Shown: positions 10,801 through 20,130, counted from the stretch's first letter. The stretch: 64,000 bases of DNA from Thecamonas trahens ATCC 50062 (GCF_000142905.1 NW_013657645.1:186001-250000); one strand, 5' to 3'. Numbers and translations: made by a program. The notes: generated by a model not told the origin, from the sequence alone.

Positions 10801-11420
10801 CCAGCCGAAGCGTAGGCAACAAGCGTGGCATCAACCTCAGCGCCATGACACATCGCCGGCGTCAGTGCCGGCGGGGGACCTGGAGCCACCACCTGTGGTG
10901 ACGCCAGCGAGACAATGCCGCTGGCGTTGACCTGTGCTGTTGACGCCACAAGCAACGGGCCTTCCAGCCATGCCAGCGCCACAGACTCTGCGCCAGGGCC
11001 ACGAGCAACAACCGGGAACGCTGCCGAGACGCCCGACGGAGACGGCGGTGAGGCCAGCGGCAGCGCCATCGTCCGTCGCCAGCTCGGCCCAGCATCATCG
11101 CCGTAAGCCGGCTGGCGGCTGGTTGCGAGGTGGACTGCAGTAGTCGACGCCGACGAGGCATTGGCTAGCGAGTACGCCGACTTGAAGACAGCAACAACTG
11201 AGCCTCCCGCTTCTGTTAGAGCCATCTGTGTATCCGGCGCAGCGTCCGATGTGCCATAGTGCGGGATCATGCCCGGGACAGGAGGCAGAGGATGAAGGAG
11301 GCCATCGGCAATGCCGGTCGCATCCACCGCTAGCACCAGCCCAGATCCATCCATCACCACCAGAGCAATCGCAGCCATAACCATTGTCATCCGCATCACC
11401 TCCCCCACCATCTTGCTCAT
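7884..11420 (-). CDS. Type I membrane protein: signal peptide, BNR/Asp-box propeller, disintegrin-like and Myxococcus-type Cys-rich repeats, poly-Pro stalk, TM, RS/RG-repeat cytoplasmic tail
   Basis: Hydrophobic leader from ATG 11420; Asp-boxes SHDNGVTW and STDCGASW; CGNGALEPGEECD..CC..TC..CR..CD..E.C..CPDD; CGNGVVDADEECDDGN; TM LFWVVWLLLLLVLVLLGLVAYFV. Confidence 0.8.
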   Translation of the reverse strand: MSKMVGEVMRMTMVMAAIALVVMDGSGLVLAVDATGIADGLLHPLPPVPGMIPHYGTSDAAPDTQMALTEAGGSVVAVFKSAYSLANASSASTTAVHLATSRQPAYGDDAGPSWRRTMALPLASPPSPSGVSAAFPVVARGPGAESVALAWLEGPLLVASTAQVNASGIVSLASPQVVAPGPPPALTPAMCHGAEVDATLVAYASAGNVFVAALGASSGGWSAPIAASPGMEASGTSNHGPDVAFGAANATFGVAWYGSGWDGTDFDILFSRCWVPGGDAGRLECQPGVVVGGSAAFDVQPVVATAGNGTWTVAWASTRTALGPLSLGSDLDLLAAVSHDNGVTWNAPALVNSYAAADDSGALDAAPSLVWMPEYPGGGHVLAAWQSTADVGGTGTDSDIMVAVSTDCGASWGAAQPMLAAAATGAATTDLALVLSRVPGVGVLSGYETTQPSSDADTVSVLLAYAECGNGALEPGEECDPGSAGPWGCCSAETCQYLDVGTLCRPVNGSLPCDVAEACVVGAGGTVVCPDDGYMAAGSDCSFAEPCYGAPVCGSRGECVQSGGLTCVCGNGVVDADEECDDGNTANGDCCSSECKLDPANTPCDDGSSCTGPDVCSAFGTCTGANLCPPPPPSPPPPPPSPPPPPPSPPPPSPPPPSPSPSPPPSPPSPPPPPSPPPSPPPPPPSPPAPPAPMGDSSPPPPPPMLSPAPPFPAPSSAGGPGSLVAPAPLPPLQNPSSALFWVVWLLLLLVLVLLGLVAYFVATHVARKNTRVAPEVVTTPKPAADVTVVEASGRWAEPSTADSSSSNELSSVASRLYATPAPATPGSKAWMRRPASLMASAPSTPFGKARCNTDEHGLSSTFPEVMAGGADDDDDVPLRTVFETALHHAPSPNSSLDFRHGNTPGAADEPAEEVWESLSSARGPTSSSSDSHGSSLARPETPARGGAALGSSPQSQSRDCSWSREQSRERSRSRSWTRSRSWSRDRSRSRDRSRSQDRSRSRDRSRSQDRSRSQDRSYSSRCYSRDPTRSKSRSSVGARARTPPSCSSRAPSNASLTSPSNLSRASSSRIPSRSNSGRQQTPSRSNSGRTGRGRTPSRNNSDHADRASRVRDDASDRKRSGTRGRGRGRGRGRGRRRGQGRGRGRGRGRGRGGSAKPKSRRMPWDPPEPKVRPRGGT

Positions 11421-11739
11421 CGCCTGCCTCCTCCCTCCTCGCCTCCTCTCCTGCCTTGTCGAAGGACTGCTCCTGCTCCTTTTCCTCCTCTTCCGTCCCG
11501 CTCCCACCATGCCCACCCGGGCTTGCCTCGGCTGCATGGCGCGCGCGACGGTCGACCGTGTGCGTAAAGCCTGTCTGGTGAGTGGTGCAGGAGACGGGTG
11601 AGCCGTGCTGTATGCCCGGGGCTACCCTTCTTTACCGCACCATGGCTTCTTCCTCCTCGCCTCGCCCGCTCACTCTGTGGCACATCGCGCGCTTCCAGCG
11701 AGCTTCTGCCTCCTGGAGGGTTTGGGGGGGGGGGGGGGG

Positions 11740-11839
11740 NNNNNNNNNNNNNNNNNNNNNNNNNNNNNNNNNNNNNNNNNNNNNNNNNNNNNNNNNNNNN
11801 NNNNNNNNNNNNNNNNNNNNNNNNNNNNNNNNNNNNNNN
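11740..11839. other. Assembly gap (100 N)
   Basis: N run following a poly-G tract. Confidence 1.
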
Positions 11840-12668
11840 TTCATCCCTTGCGCCGCCCCTCAGAGCGGATCCCCCCCTCTCCGTCCATTCTTCCCCGTCT
11901 TGTTTTGGGTGGGTGGTTGGGTGGGGGGGGGTGAGAGAGAGAGAAAAAAATTGTTACAGGCAACCCCCCCCCCCCCCCAACACACACACCACACAACCTA
12001 TGCGGCAGATACGCACATGCACATGCCGCGCATGCGATCTTGGAGAAATGAGGGTAAAGTGAGCCCATGTGATTGACTTGATCACGGCAGCATGTTGATG
12101 GCATTGCAAGAGAAAGGGCCATTGTGACCTCTGCCGCTGCACACAGTCGCACTGAAGCAACAACTCACCTCTGAAGACGGTTCCAGCCACGACCATGGAA
12201 AAATGTGTGCAACGAAAAAAAGTACTGGAACGAGCACCGTCGAGCTGGTCATGACCACAATGGCCACAGCCTGGTATGACCCCTGTACCCACCACCGCAC
12301 ACCGCACACACACCTCACCCCACATACACACCGCACACCAAACATACTACATACACCACACGCCACACCACACAACCTCTCCCTCCCCCCCCCCCCCCTC
12401 ACCCTCCCCTCACCTCCCCGTCACAACTCGGGCCGCAAGACCGGTGTCCAAGCAGACTGTTTGGCTTGCAAGGTCGGCAAGTAGAACGCCTTCCATGCCA
12501 GCAGCTACATTGCCAAGGTTGGCTATGGCGCAGTCGCCACGTCGTGTAGAGTCGCCGGCTTGTGTAGAGTCGCCATCGCGCTCATCAAGCTCTTGCTCTG
12601 GCGCAGGGTCGTCACGGACAAGACCGAGACCAGGAACAAGGCGGAGATCGGCGTCAAGAGATGCGGGT

Positions 12669-13220
12669 ATGCGCTTGGTGGTGATGGTCCTGGTCCTGGG
12701 CCTGGTCCTGAGCCTGGGCCTGCCTGTCAGAGGCCATCCGCCGACGGCTGAAGTTTGCAAGGACTGTGCTCCGTCGTCGGACGGGACAAAGCTTGCATGC
12801 TGTTCCGAGTCGGACGTGCTCATCCGATGCGAGTACTGGGACGACTCGCCGATGTGGGACATCAAATCCGACGGAAACTCTTGCTCGCGCGAGCGAAACT
12901 CACTGGCTGTCGCCGTTATCACTGTCTTTGCTGTCGTTGCATGCGCCGGCATGACGGCTATCACTCTCTGTATCTGCTACATGTGCGACTGCTGCCCGCT
13001 CAAGAAGCGCCGCATCGCCCGAGCCCGCATCTCCTCGCTCTCTCGCACCACCGGCGCAGTCGTTGGATACGATGGTAACGCCCAGGGCATGCACGCGCTG
13101 GGCAACAACTTGCCCACCGCCTCGTCTGTCCGGCCCTCGGTCAACCTCCCGCGCCTGCCTAACGGTCGTCAGCACCCGCGCCCGCTTCCGCCCATCAGCA
13201 AGACCACCGGGCCGCGCTAG
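12669..13220 (+). CDS. Shisa-like/STMC6-type small single-pass membrane protein
   Basis: Signal peptide MRLVVMVLVLGLVLSLGLPVRG; six-Cys ectodomain C-C-CC-C-C; TM followed by CICYMCDCCPLKKRR; Pro-rich tail. Confidence 0.7.
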   Translation: MRLVVMVLVLGLVLSLGLPVRGHPPTAEVCKDCAPSSDGTKLACCSESDVLIRCEYWDDSPMWDIKSDGNSCSRERNSLAVAVITVFAVVACAGMTAITLCICYMCDCCPLKKRRIARARISSLSRTTGAVVGYDGNAQGMHALGNNLPTASSVRPSVNLPRLPNGRQHPRPLPPISKTTGPR

Positions 13221-14452
13221 CTCTCGTCGAGCTTCTGCAGCCAGGCGTCGATCCGCTCCAGAGCATCCAGCCCGGTTGTTGCAATCGAGACAAAACCCCT
13301 GGTATCGTCATCCGAGTCCCGCAGCGGGTACGCCGGGTTGATACGGACTACCTGGACCTGGCCCGGGTTCTGCGCCGCGAGTATCTCGGTCATCCCGCGG
13401 AGCTTGGCCACAGTTATCCCAGCACCGATCTCCAGAATGACAACTTTAGCCGTCTCGGACGTCTCCAGCAAGTCATCAACTGCATCCCACCATGAGTGAT
13501 GGCGCTCGTCCTGCGCCTCGTCATCGAGCCACCCGCGGTCGTCAAACATGCGAATGGCCGGCCGGCCGGCAGCTCCACACTCGGCACACGCCCGCGGCAA
13601 TGAGCTGACGTCGCGGTCGTCGACCTCCCACCTCGCGCCCGCCCCGCCGCACGGCCTCGAGCATTGCCATCGGGTCACTCGGCCGTGCATCTCGCGCAGA
13701 TGGTCGTCGTCAACAACACCAGCCTTAGTAAAGTGGCCATCTACGTTGGTGGTGACCACAAAGAAGGCACCGTGGGATGTGAACCTCTCCTCCCGCCAAC
13801 GCCGCAGAATGTTGTAGCCATTATGCGGCCGCGCCCGCCCGTACTCGATCACAGACTCGCTCCAGAACGCCCAGAACTCGTCAGGCGCCGAGACCATGAC
13901 CGACTCGGAGCAGAGCCTGGCGTACGGCACGCCGGCCTCGACAAGCTCCGTATACGTGGGCAGGCCCGAGTCAGCCGACATGCCTGACCCAGCATGGACC
14001 ACCAACACCGATGCATTGGCCACCATCTGTCCCTCCCGCCCCACCCACACACCCCCAACCATCGGCAGCCGCCTGTGAGTACTCGCTTCTCTTGCCGCCG
14101 TCTCGTGGCGAATCTTCGTGAACCATCCGCATTGCCGGAGCTCGCTGCGCAACGCCAGTCCCGGCCCGGAAGCGCATGATCTCCACAGCGTAGTTCTACG
14201 CGATGGCCTAGTTCGTGTCTATATCATGGTGATGGGCTTAGGCGGGGTGCTGGTTGCACCCCTCCCCCCCTTCTCCACCTGCCCTCACCTCTCGTGTTGC
14301 GAACTCGACTACGCTGATTCTCTTGTGCTCTCGTTCTCAGCTTGCACAATGCTGTGCACTCGTACCTCTGCCGCCTCGCAACACGCATCATCAACATGGG
14401 CGCGGAGTGCAGCTAGTTGTTCTTCACTCGGTATGCTGCATGAGTTTCCCAT
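13217..14452 (-). CDS. Sir2-family NAD-dependent deacylase; join(14366..14452, 13217..14026)
   Basis: AGSGMSADSGLPTY, TTNVDGHF, EMHG, CSRPC/CAEC zinc ligands, RPAIRMF, LEIGAG, INP. Exon 1 MGNSCS...CEAAE splices in phase 0 via GTACGA...ACAG to MVANASVLVVHAG. Confidence 0.88.
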
Positions 14453-14646
14453 GATGGTCGCCGCGGCGCCGATGTCACCAACTCGCGGCTCCCACTCCCG
14501 TCCCGACCCAGTGTCGGAGACGAGTGTGCGCAACAAAGCTTCTCGGCGTCAAAACGGCGCTGCAGTAAGCAAGACAGCTCGCCGTGGCCATCAATGCCTT
14601 GCTACCGCTCGATCACCAGATGAGTCGGTTTGAGTCTCGTCCCAGC

Positions 14647-15597
14647 TCAGACGATAAAGGCTACCCGATGAGCAGTGGCCTCGGCGCGCTCGCCGTCGTT
14701 CTCGAGGTGGCCCGTTCCGCCGGCATCAAGGCGGATGTAGTCGCGTCCACGGCGTGGCGCTGACGGATCGGCCATCACCCGCTCCGAGCACGCTGGACAC
14801 CTTCCGCCGTCGGCGCAAACGAGCCCGAGGCACTCCTTGGCGCACACCACGTGGCCACACATCCGCAGCGCAACAGCCTTGCTCCCGTTGCGGAACGCCG
14901 TCTCACACACCGAGCACGCGTACGACGGCAGGGCGTGCCGCGACTCGCCGCCGGGTGTGCGAACCGGCGCATACTTGAGCGCAACCAACGATGAGAACGT
15001 CAGCTTGTGATCGCTTTCAGGACAAACAACATACGTGCGATCAGCCACCACCACACCCGACTCATCCGCATCAACGTTTGGCGCCATGTTGGGCAGCCAG
15101 TAGCCGCCGACCGAGTCGACCTCTTTCAACGCCGTTCCCTTGGCATTGGGCGCGCTAGCCAGCGACGATGCCGCCACTCCAACCGATGCCGCCACCGCCA
15201 GCGCATCAGTCCTGGCCTCCAACAGCGATCCAGTCGCCGCTGATGACAAGCCGCCGGTCGATGTGCCACCCACACCCGCGCCGGCAGCAGAGACAGCGGC
15301 AGAGCCCGCCGCCGCCTTGGCCGCCGCCTTGGCCGCCGCCTTGGCCGCCTTCTTGGCGCGCTTTGCGGCAGCCTTTGAAGCCTTTTTGGCCTTGGCCTTG
15401 CGAGCGACAAGATACTCGAGAACGCATGCCTTGCAGAACAAATGGCCTTCCTTGCACGCCATGGGCTCGCGAGCAGGAGCCAGACACAGCGCACACTCGT
15501 TGAAGCCACGGAGCGCCTCGCCGGTCAGCCGCCGCCGCTGCTCGCCATACTCGCTCAGGAGCGCCCGCTCCTCCCGTCCGAAGATGATCCTTGCCAT
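14647..15597 (-). CDS. NOSIP: Nitric oxide synthase-interacting protein (NOSIP), split RING/U-box spliceosomal E3
   Basis: YGEQRRRL..F..CALCL..AREP..C.EGHLFCKACVLEY, YWLP, CP.S..KL, C..C...CGHVVC..C..C..C, L..GGTG. Confidence 0.9.
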   Translation of the reverse strand: MARIIFGREERALLSEYGEQRRRLTGEALRGFNECALCLAPAREPMACKEGHLFCKACVLEYLVARKAKAKKASKAAAKRAKKAAKAAAKAAAKAAAGSAAVSAAGAGVGGTSTGGLSSAATGSLLEARTDALAVAASVGVAASSLASAPNAKGTALKEVDSVGGYWLPNMAPNVDADESGVVVADRTYVVCPESDHKLTFSSLVALKYAPVRTPGGESRHALPSYACSVCETAFRNGSKAVALRMCGHVVCAKECLGLVCADGGRCPACSERVMADPSAPRRGRDYIRLDAGGTGHLENDGERAEATAHRVAFIV

Positions 15598-15840
15598 GTC
15601 TCCTCTTTGCCCCGCTGCTGGTTGTGGCGTCGAGTGGTGGTCAATGGCCTTGCCGGTGCTGGCTGCCGAAAGGGGTGGAGGGAGAGAGCCAGGGGGAGGA
15701 TCGGCTGGTGTGGCGGGATCAGGGCGAGATCGGGCAGGGTGGGAGGAGAGGTAGCCGCTTTGGCAACACATGATGCATCAATCGCTTTAAGCTGCCCACC
15801 GTTCCGGCTATTGAGCAGAGGCAATGCGGTACCAAAAACA

Positions 15841-17688
15841 TCAATTCGCCAGCCCATTGTCGGGCGAGGCGTCGTCGGGCGAGGCGTCGTCGAGAGTGCC
15901 GCCATCGTCGAGGTCCTTGCCAGCTCCGTACTTGCGACGGAAGTAGGCCCTGATGCCGAAGCGGAGGGCAAAGAACATAATGATGAGGAAGATGGCAATA
16001 CCGACGAGGCCGAGGATGAGCGCCAGGGCGATGGAGCCCCCAGACGGCGGCGGCGGTGGCGGCGGAATGGGCGCAGCCGCAGGCGGCGGCGGAGGCGGCG
16101 GCGGTGGGAGGGCAAGGTACCCGCTGAGCTGACTCCACACATAGACCTTGTTGAGGCCTTTGGCGCCAATGGCCAGAACCTCGTTGTTGAGCTCGACGTC
16201 GAGACCAAACTCGTCCATGACCGACTGCTGGATAGCTGGATCGTAGCCATCGCCTGAGGCGTTAAAGGTGACGTCGAGGAAGCCCGAGCGGTGGTAGGAG
16301 AAGGCAAAGCTCGACTTGAAGACCTCGCGCTTGATCCAGATGTTGTCCGAGACGCCAACGTTGCGCGTGTAGAGGTAGGTCTGGCCCTTGCCGGTCTCGG
16401 CCTCGACGCCAAACGGCGCGCCGATGGCCATCATCTGCCCGTTGGGCGAGAGCGCCATGTCCTGCCCAAAGTACGAGCCGTCCGTCTTCCACGGCTGCAC
16501 ATACTCGTTGCAGTCTCCAAGGCCCGAGACGTCGTACAGCGCGGCGTTGCCCTCGGCAAAGGTCTGCACCACGCCGCCCGCGGCATCGTAGCGGAAGACC
16601 GTCGAGTCGTTGCGCGGCGCCGAGACGTACCACTCGCCCAAGGCGGCATCCATCATGATAGCCGAGCCATAGTTTTGCGACGCGAGCTTGGCTGTCGGCG
16701 CACGGAGCGGAGCAGCCTCGGTCCATCCCGAGCCAGCCGCGTACGTGTACCGCCGCACCAGAGTCGGCAGCAGCGGCGCGTACAGGTTGCCGACCGAGTC
16801 GCCGTTAGCCTGCACATAAGCCTCGTCGTACGACTTGATCACCACGGTGTTGCCGTCGGGAGAAACGCCAAATGGCTGGCCGGCGTGCGAGTGGAGGAGC
16901 GTCTCGTTGGTGAGTGAGAGCTCCGGCTCGAACGTCTGGATCTTAGCCGAGTACACGTACTCACCCACGCCAGAGTCGTAGTCCCACACGTGTATGCCAC
17001 GGTTGGTCGCGTTGGCGGTGTACGCATCCTTGCAGCTGTTATGCGTCGGTTCGCAGAACAGGTACATCGACATGGCAAAGATGCGCGAGCCGTCGGGAGT
17101 AACAGCGACCTGGAAGCCGAGGTGATCACGCGGCGCCGGATGCGGCAGACGCAGCACCTGGTCCGGCGCCGGCCCGTACTTGGACCCACTGGCATCAGCA
17201 TCATGCCGCGAGAAGACATAGACACAGCCTTCCGAGGTGGCGAAGACCGAGGTGCCCTCGCCGTCGCGATGGGCACCCACCACCAGCCGCGACGCGGTGG
17301 CCGTCATGGCGAGTGAGAAGCCGAATCCGTCCTTCTCCACCGCGCTCGTCGTCAAGTTGCCGATCATCTCCCAACCACCCGTTGCAGCATCCAGCTCGTA
17401 CACCCATGTCCGCCCAGGCATGGCCAGCGTCGCCGCCTCACCCACAGCGAGCACGTTGACATCAGCAGCCAGAGCGAGACCCTTGCCAAACATCCGCGTC
17501 GGGTTCCACTCGGGGAGAGCCCACGGCGAGTCCGGTTGCTCCAACACAGTCGAGGCATCACTTCGCACAGCCTCTCCACCGCTTGCCATGGCCAGCACCA
17601 CCGCAGTCACGGCGAGCAGCAGCAGACCAACAGAGCGAGACGAGGCCGACACACCGCCGGCCGCCCGTCCCCACGCCAGCTTCCGCAT
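15841..17688 (-). CDS. Membrane-anchored FG-GAP beta-propeller (integrin-alpha-head-like, no leg domains)
   Basis: Signal peptide; repeats FGKGLAL..LAVG, FGFSLAM..LVVGAH, LGFQVAV, YGSAIMM..VSAP, FGQDMAL..AIGAP, FGLDVEL..AIGAK; poly-Pro stalk; TM; tail RFGIRAYFRR then an acidic end. Confidence 0.8.
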   Translation of the reverse strand: MRKLAWGRAAGGVSASSRSVGLLLLAVTAVVLAMASGGEAVRSDASTVLEQPDSPWALPEWNPTRMFGKGLALAADVNVLAVGEAATLAMPGRTWVYELDAATGGWEMIGNLTTSAVEKDGFGFSLAMTATASRLVVGAHRDGEGTSVFATSEGCVYVFSRHDADASGSKYGPAPDQVLRLPHPAPRDHLGFQVAVTPDGSRIFAMSMYLFCEPTHNSCKDAYTANATNRGIHVWDYDSGVGEYVYSAKIQTFEPELSLTNETLLHSHAGQPFGVSPDGNTVVIKSYDEAYVQANGDSVGNLYAPLLPTLVRRYTYAAGSGWTEAAPLRAPTAKLASQNYGSAIMMDAALGEWYVSAPRNDSTVFRYDAAGGVVQTFAEGNAALYDVSGLGDCNEYVQPWKTDGSYFGQDMALSPNGQMMAIGAPFGVEAETGKGQTYLYTRNVGVSDNIWIKREVFKSSFAFSYHRSGFLDVTFNASGDGYDPAIQQSVMDEFGLDVELNNEVLAIGAKGLNKVYVWSQLSGYLALPPPPPPPPPAAAPIPPPPPPPSGGSIALALILGLVGIAIFLIIMFFALRFGIRAYFRRKYGAGKDLDDGGTLDDASPDDASPDNGLAN

Positions 17689-18373
17689 GTTGCCATTCCG
17701 GCAGGTACTCGGGACAACACACATCATCTTCCGTCCAAACACAACCGAGGTGTTGATAGTCGGGAGAGAAACGAATGCGTCTCCCGACCTTCCCCTCCTC
17801 TCCCGCCCCCGCCCCCGCCCCACCCCCGCTGCCCTTGCTCCCGTCAAAGACGACATTGATTCGTTGCCGACAAACTGGCTGCCACCAACAATCGATGCCA
17901 ATTGATGACAATACCTTCGGTGTATTATCATTGAGGAACGTTTTGCACGGTCCGGTGTGTGTGCCTCCACGTCAGCAATGGCAGCATGCCGTACGGGATG
18001 CGCTACAGGGGGATACGAGGGTGTACAAGTGCGGGAATGTCACGCAAGGGTATTGGCAAACACTCTGCTTGCTCTTTGACTGGTGGTATATACGTCATAC
18101 ATGGTGTAGCCTTCACTACGGGCATGGAAGCTTGCCCCCCCCCCTGTGCTATCAATATGCTCGCTCACGTTCATTAGTCATCGGGTCGGACTCAGCCGGA
18201 CAATCAAAACGTTGCCAAGACAGAGGGGGAGGGGGGGAGGGGGGAGGCCGGCGGGGGTAGCGGGGAAAGGGCGTGTGGAAGGCATTCGTGTCTCGTTAAC
18301 CTGGATAACTTCGGGTTAGTGACGACTTTCCCTGTGGTTGCTTTGCTCTGTGTTTCTGCGCGTGGCTGCTGTC

Positions 18374-19765
18374 ATGGGTGTGTTCAAGTCCTTGGCCTCG
18401 GTGACGGACGTGGTGGTGGTGGTGGTGGTGGTGAGCCTTGTGTTAGTGACTCTTGCCGGCGAAGCGGATGGACGGACGGTGCTGTTTTCGGCGGTGGTTC
18501 GCGACTTTTCTGTGGATCACACCGACTTTGAACGGTATGGAGGCGGCGGCGTGGACTGCGGAGCTGTGGAGGATGAGCTCGGCGAGGACCGCAAGCCGAT
18601 CATGTGGGGTGGGAAGACGGCGACGGGAAAGTTCCTCGACCGGCCGTGCCCGCAGGCCGGCACCGGACGGCCGCGCCGGGTCGAGTACTTTCAGAACTTC
18701 TTCCGCGACGTGCCGGGCGTCAACATCCGCATTCCCATCCAGCTCAAGTTTGAGGAGCAGCCGCCAGGCTCGGGCATCTTTGTCTTTGATCGTAACAAGG
18801 ACGCTACCGGCATCAACCAGTACTTTCCGGTCGATGGACTCGGCTGGGGCGCCGACGTGCGGCGGCTGGGTTTCTTTGGCAACGTTCGCAACTTTCTCTT
18901 CACCACCGAGATCCACGCCGAGTTTGTGTACCGCGGCGACAACGAGTTCTTTAACTTTGCCGGCGATGACGACGTCTGGGTCTTTGTCAACAACAAGCTG
19001 GTCGTCGACGTCGGTGGCCTGCATTCGCAAAGAACCGGTGCCGTCAACTTGACGAACATTGCCGGCAAGCTCGGTCTTGTGCCTGGCGAGCGGTACCCTG
19101 TGTTTGTGGGCATCGCCGAGCGCCACTCGACCCAGTCCAACTGCCGGATCGAGACGACGCTTGCGCCCATCAACCGGCGGCCGTCAACGCAGCCAGCGGC
19201 GTACTCGGTCAAGGTCGGTGAGAACGTGACGGTCGAGTTTGTGGCGTTTGACGAGGACGGCGACAACCTCGTGTACACCCATACCATTCCGGACGAGCTA
19301 GCGCTGCTGCTGGACATTGCGCCCGACTCGCAGACGGCGCGGTTCCACGCGCCAGACTCGCTCGACCTGTACCTGCCTGCCAACGAGACGTCGTACACGT
19401 TCTCGATGGAGTTCACCGTCTCTGACGGTGAGTACACGGCGTGTCCGTCGACAGTGACCATCACCGTCACGCGAACGCTGGTGGCCCCTAGCCCGCCGGC
19501 TGCGACGCCGGCGCCGACGGACAACACCACCACGGTTGTCATCATCTCGATTGTCGCCGTCCTTGCAGTCATCGGCATCATCGCCCTCATTGCGCTCATC
19601 TTCTACGTCCGCTCGCAGGCCGAAACCTGGAAGGCCGAGATCATGGCCGAGTTTGCGGATGACAACCTCTCGATGAACCCGCTGTACACGGGGGCAAACA
19701 CTGAGTTCTCGTCACCGCTCTACGACGATGGCGGTGGAGACTCGGTCCAGATGTCGCACTTTTGA
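18374..19765 (+). CDS. PA14/fibro-slime domain + Ig/cadherin-like domain + TM + integrin-beta-like NPxY tail
   Basis: RDF..H.DFE, FFRDVPGVN, YFPVDG, NFLFTTEIH..F.Y.G, F.GDDDVWVFVNNKLVVDVGGLH, AERH..SN; AFDEDGDNLVY...FTVSDG; TM; tail NPLY-TGANTEFS-SPLY. Confidence 0.88.
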   Translation: MGVFKSLASVTDVVVVVVVVSLVLVTLAGEADGRTVLFSAVVRDFSVDHTDFERYGGGGVDCGAVEDELGEDRKPIMWGGKTATGKFLDRPCPQAGTGRPRRVEYFQNFFRDVPGVNIRIPIQLKFEEQPPGSGIFVFDRNKDATGINQYFPVDGLGWGADVRRLGFFGNVRNFLFTTEIHAEFVYRGDNEFFNFAGDDDVWVFVNNKLVVDVGGLHSQRTGAVNLTNIAGKLGLVPGERYPVFVGIAERHSTQSNCRIETTLAPINRRPSTQPAAYSVKVGENVTVEFVAFDEDGDNLVYTHTIPDELALLLDIAPDSQTARFHAPDSLDLYLPANETSYTFSMEFTVSDGEYTACPSTVTITVTRTLVAPSPPAATPAPTDNTTTVVIISIVAVLAVIGIIALIALIFYVRSQAETWKAEIMAEFADDNLSMNPLYTGANTEFSSPLYDDGGGDSVQMSHF

Positions 19766-20086
19766 AGTCATTGTTACCTGTTGCATGCAGTGTAGCCTTG
19801 CCCACCTACCTGCCCCTGTTGCCGTCCATGTAGATCGACATGAACTCATCACCCAAGGTCTTCTCTCCGGCTCGACCAACCAAACTGCCCCCTCCCTCCA
19901 AGACAATTAGCCTCAAATCTGTCTGTCCTCTCCTCTGACATACTCTCCCCCGTCAACTCTGGTCTGATCACCCCGGCTCCCCTCCACCTCACCGTGCGTC
20001 GCTCCGTGCCAGCCAAAGCCCCCCCCTCCCCCTCCGAACCACCTCCGCCAACCACCACCACTTGACCCCCCCCCACCCCCCACCCC

Positions 20087-20130
20087 ACCCACACCCACAC
20101 CCACACCCACACCCACACCCACACCCACAC
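20087..20130. repeat. (CCACAC)n microsatellite upstream of the SAM-PH gene
   Basis: Visible hexamer repeat. Confidence 0.85.

Noticed and set aside
11840-12660. Possible extra gene or ncRNA upstream of the Shisa-like gene
   Set aside because: Only short low-complexity ORFs and no recognisable RNA motif; the adjacent gap limits interpretation.
14027-14190. Sirtuin start within 14152-14186, or a non-canonical AT-AC intron
   Set aside because: A canonical GTACGA...ACAG intron from exon 14366..14452 gives a better in-frame N-terminus.
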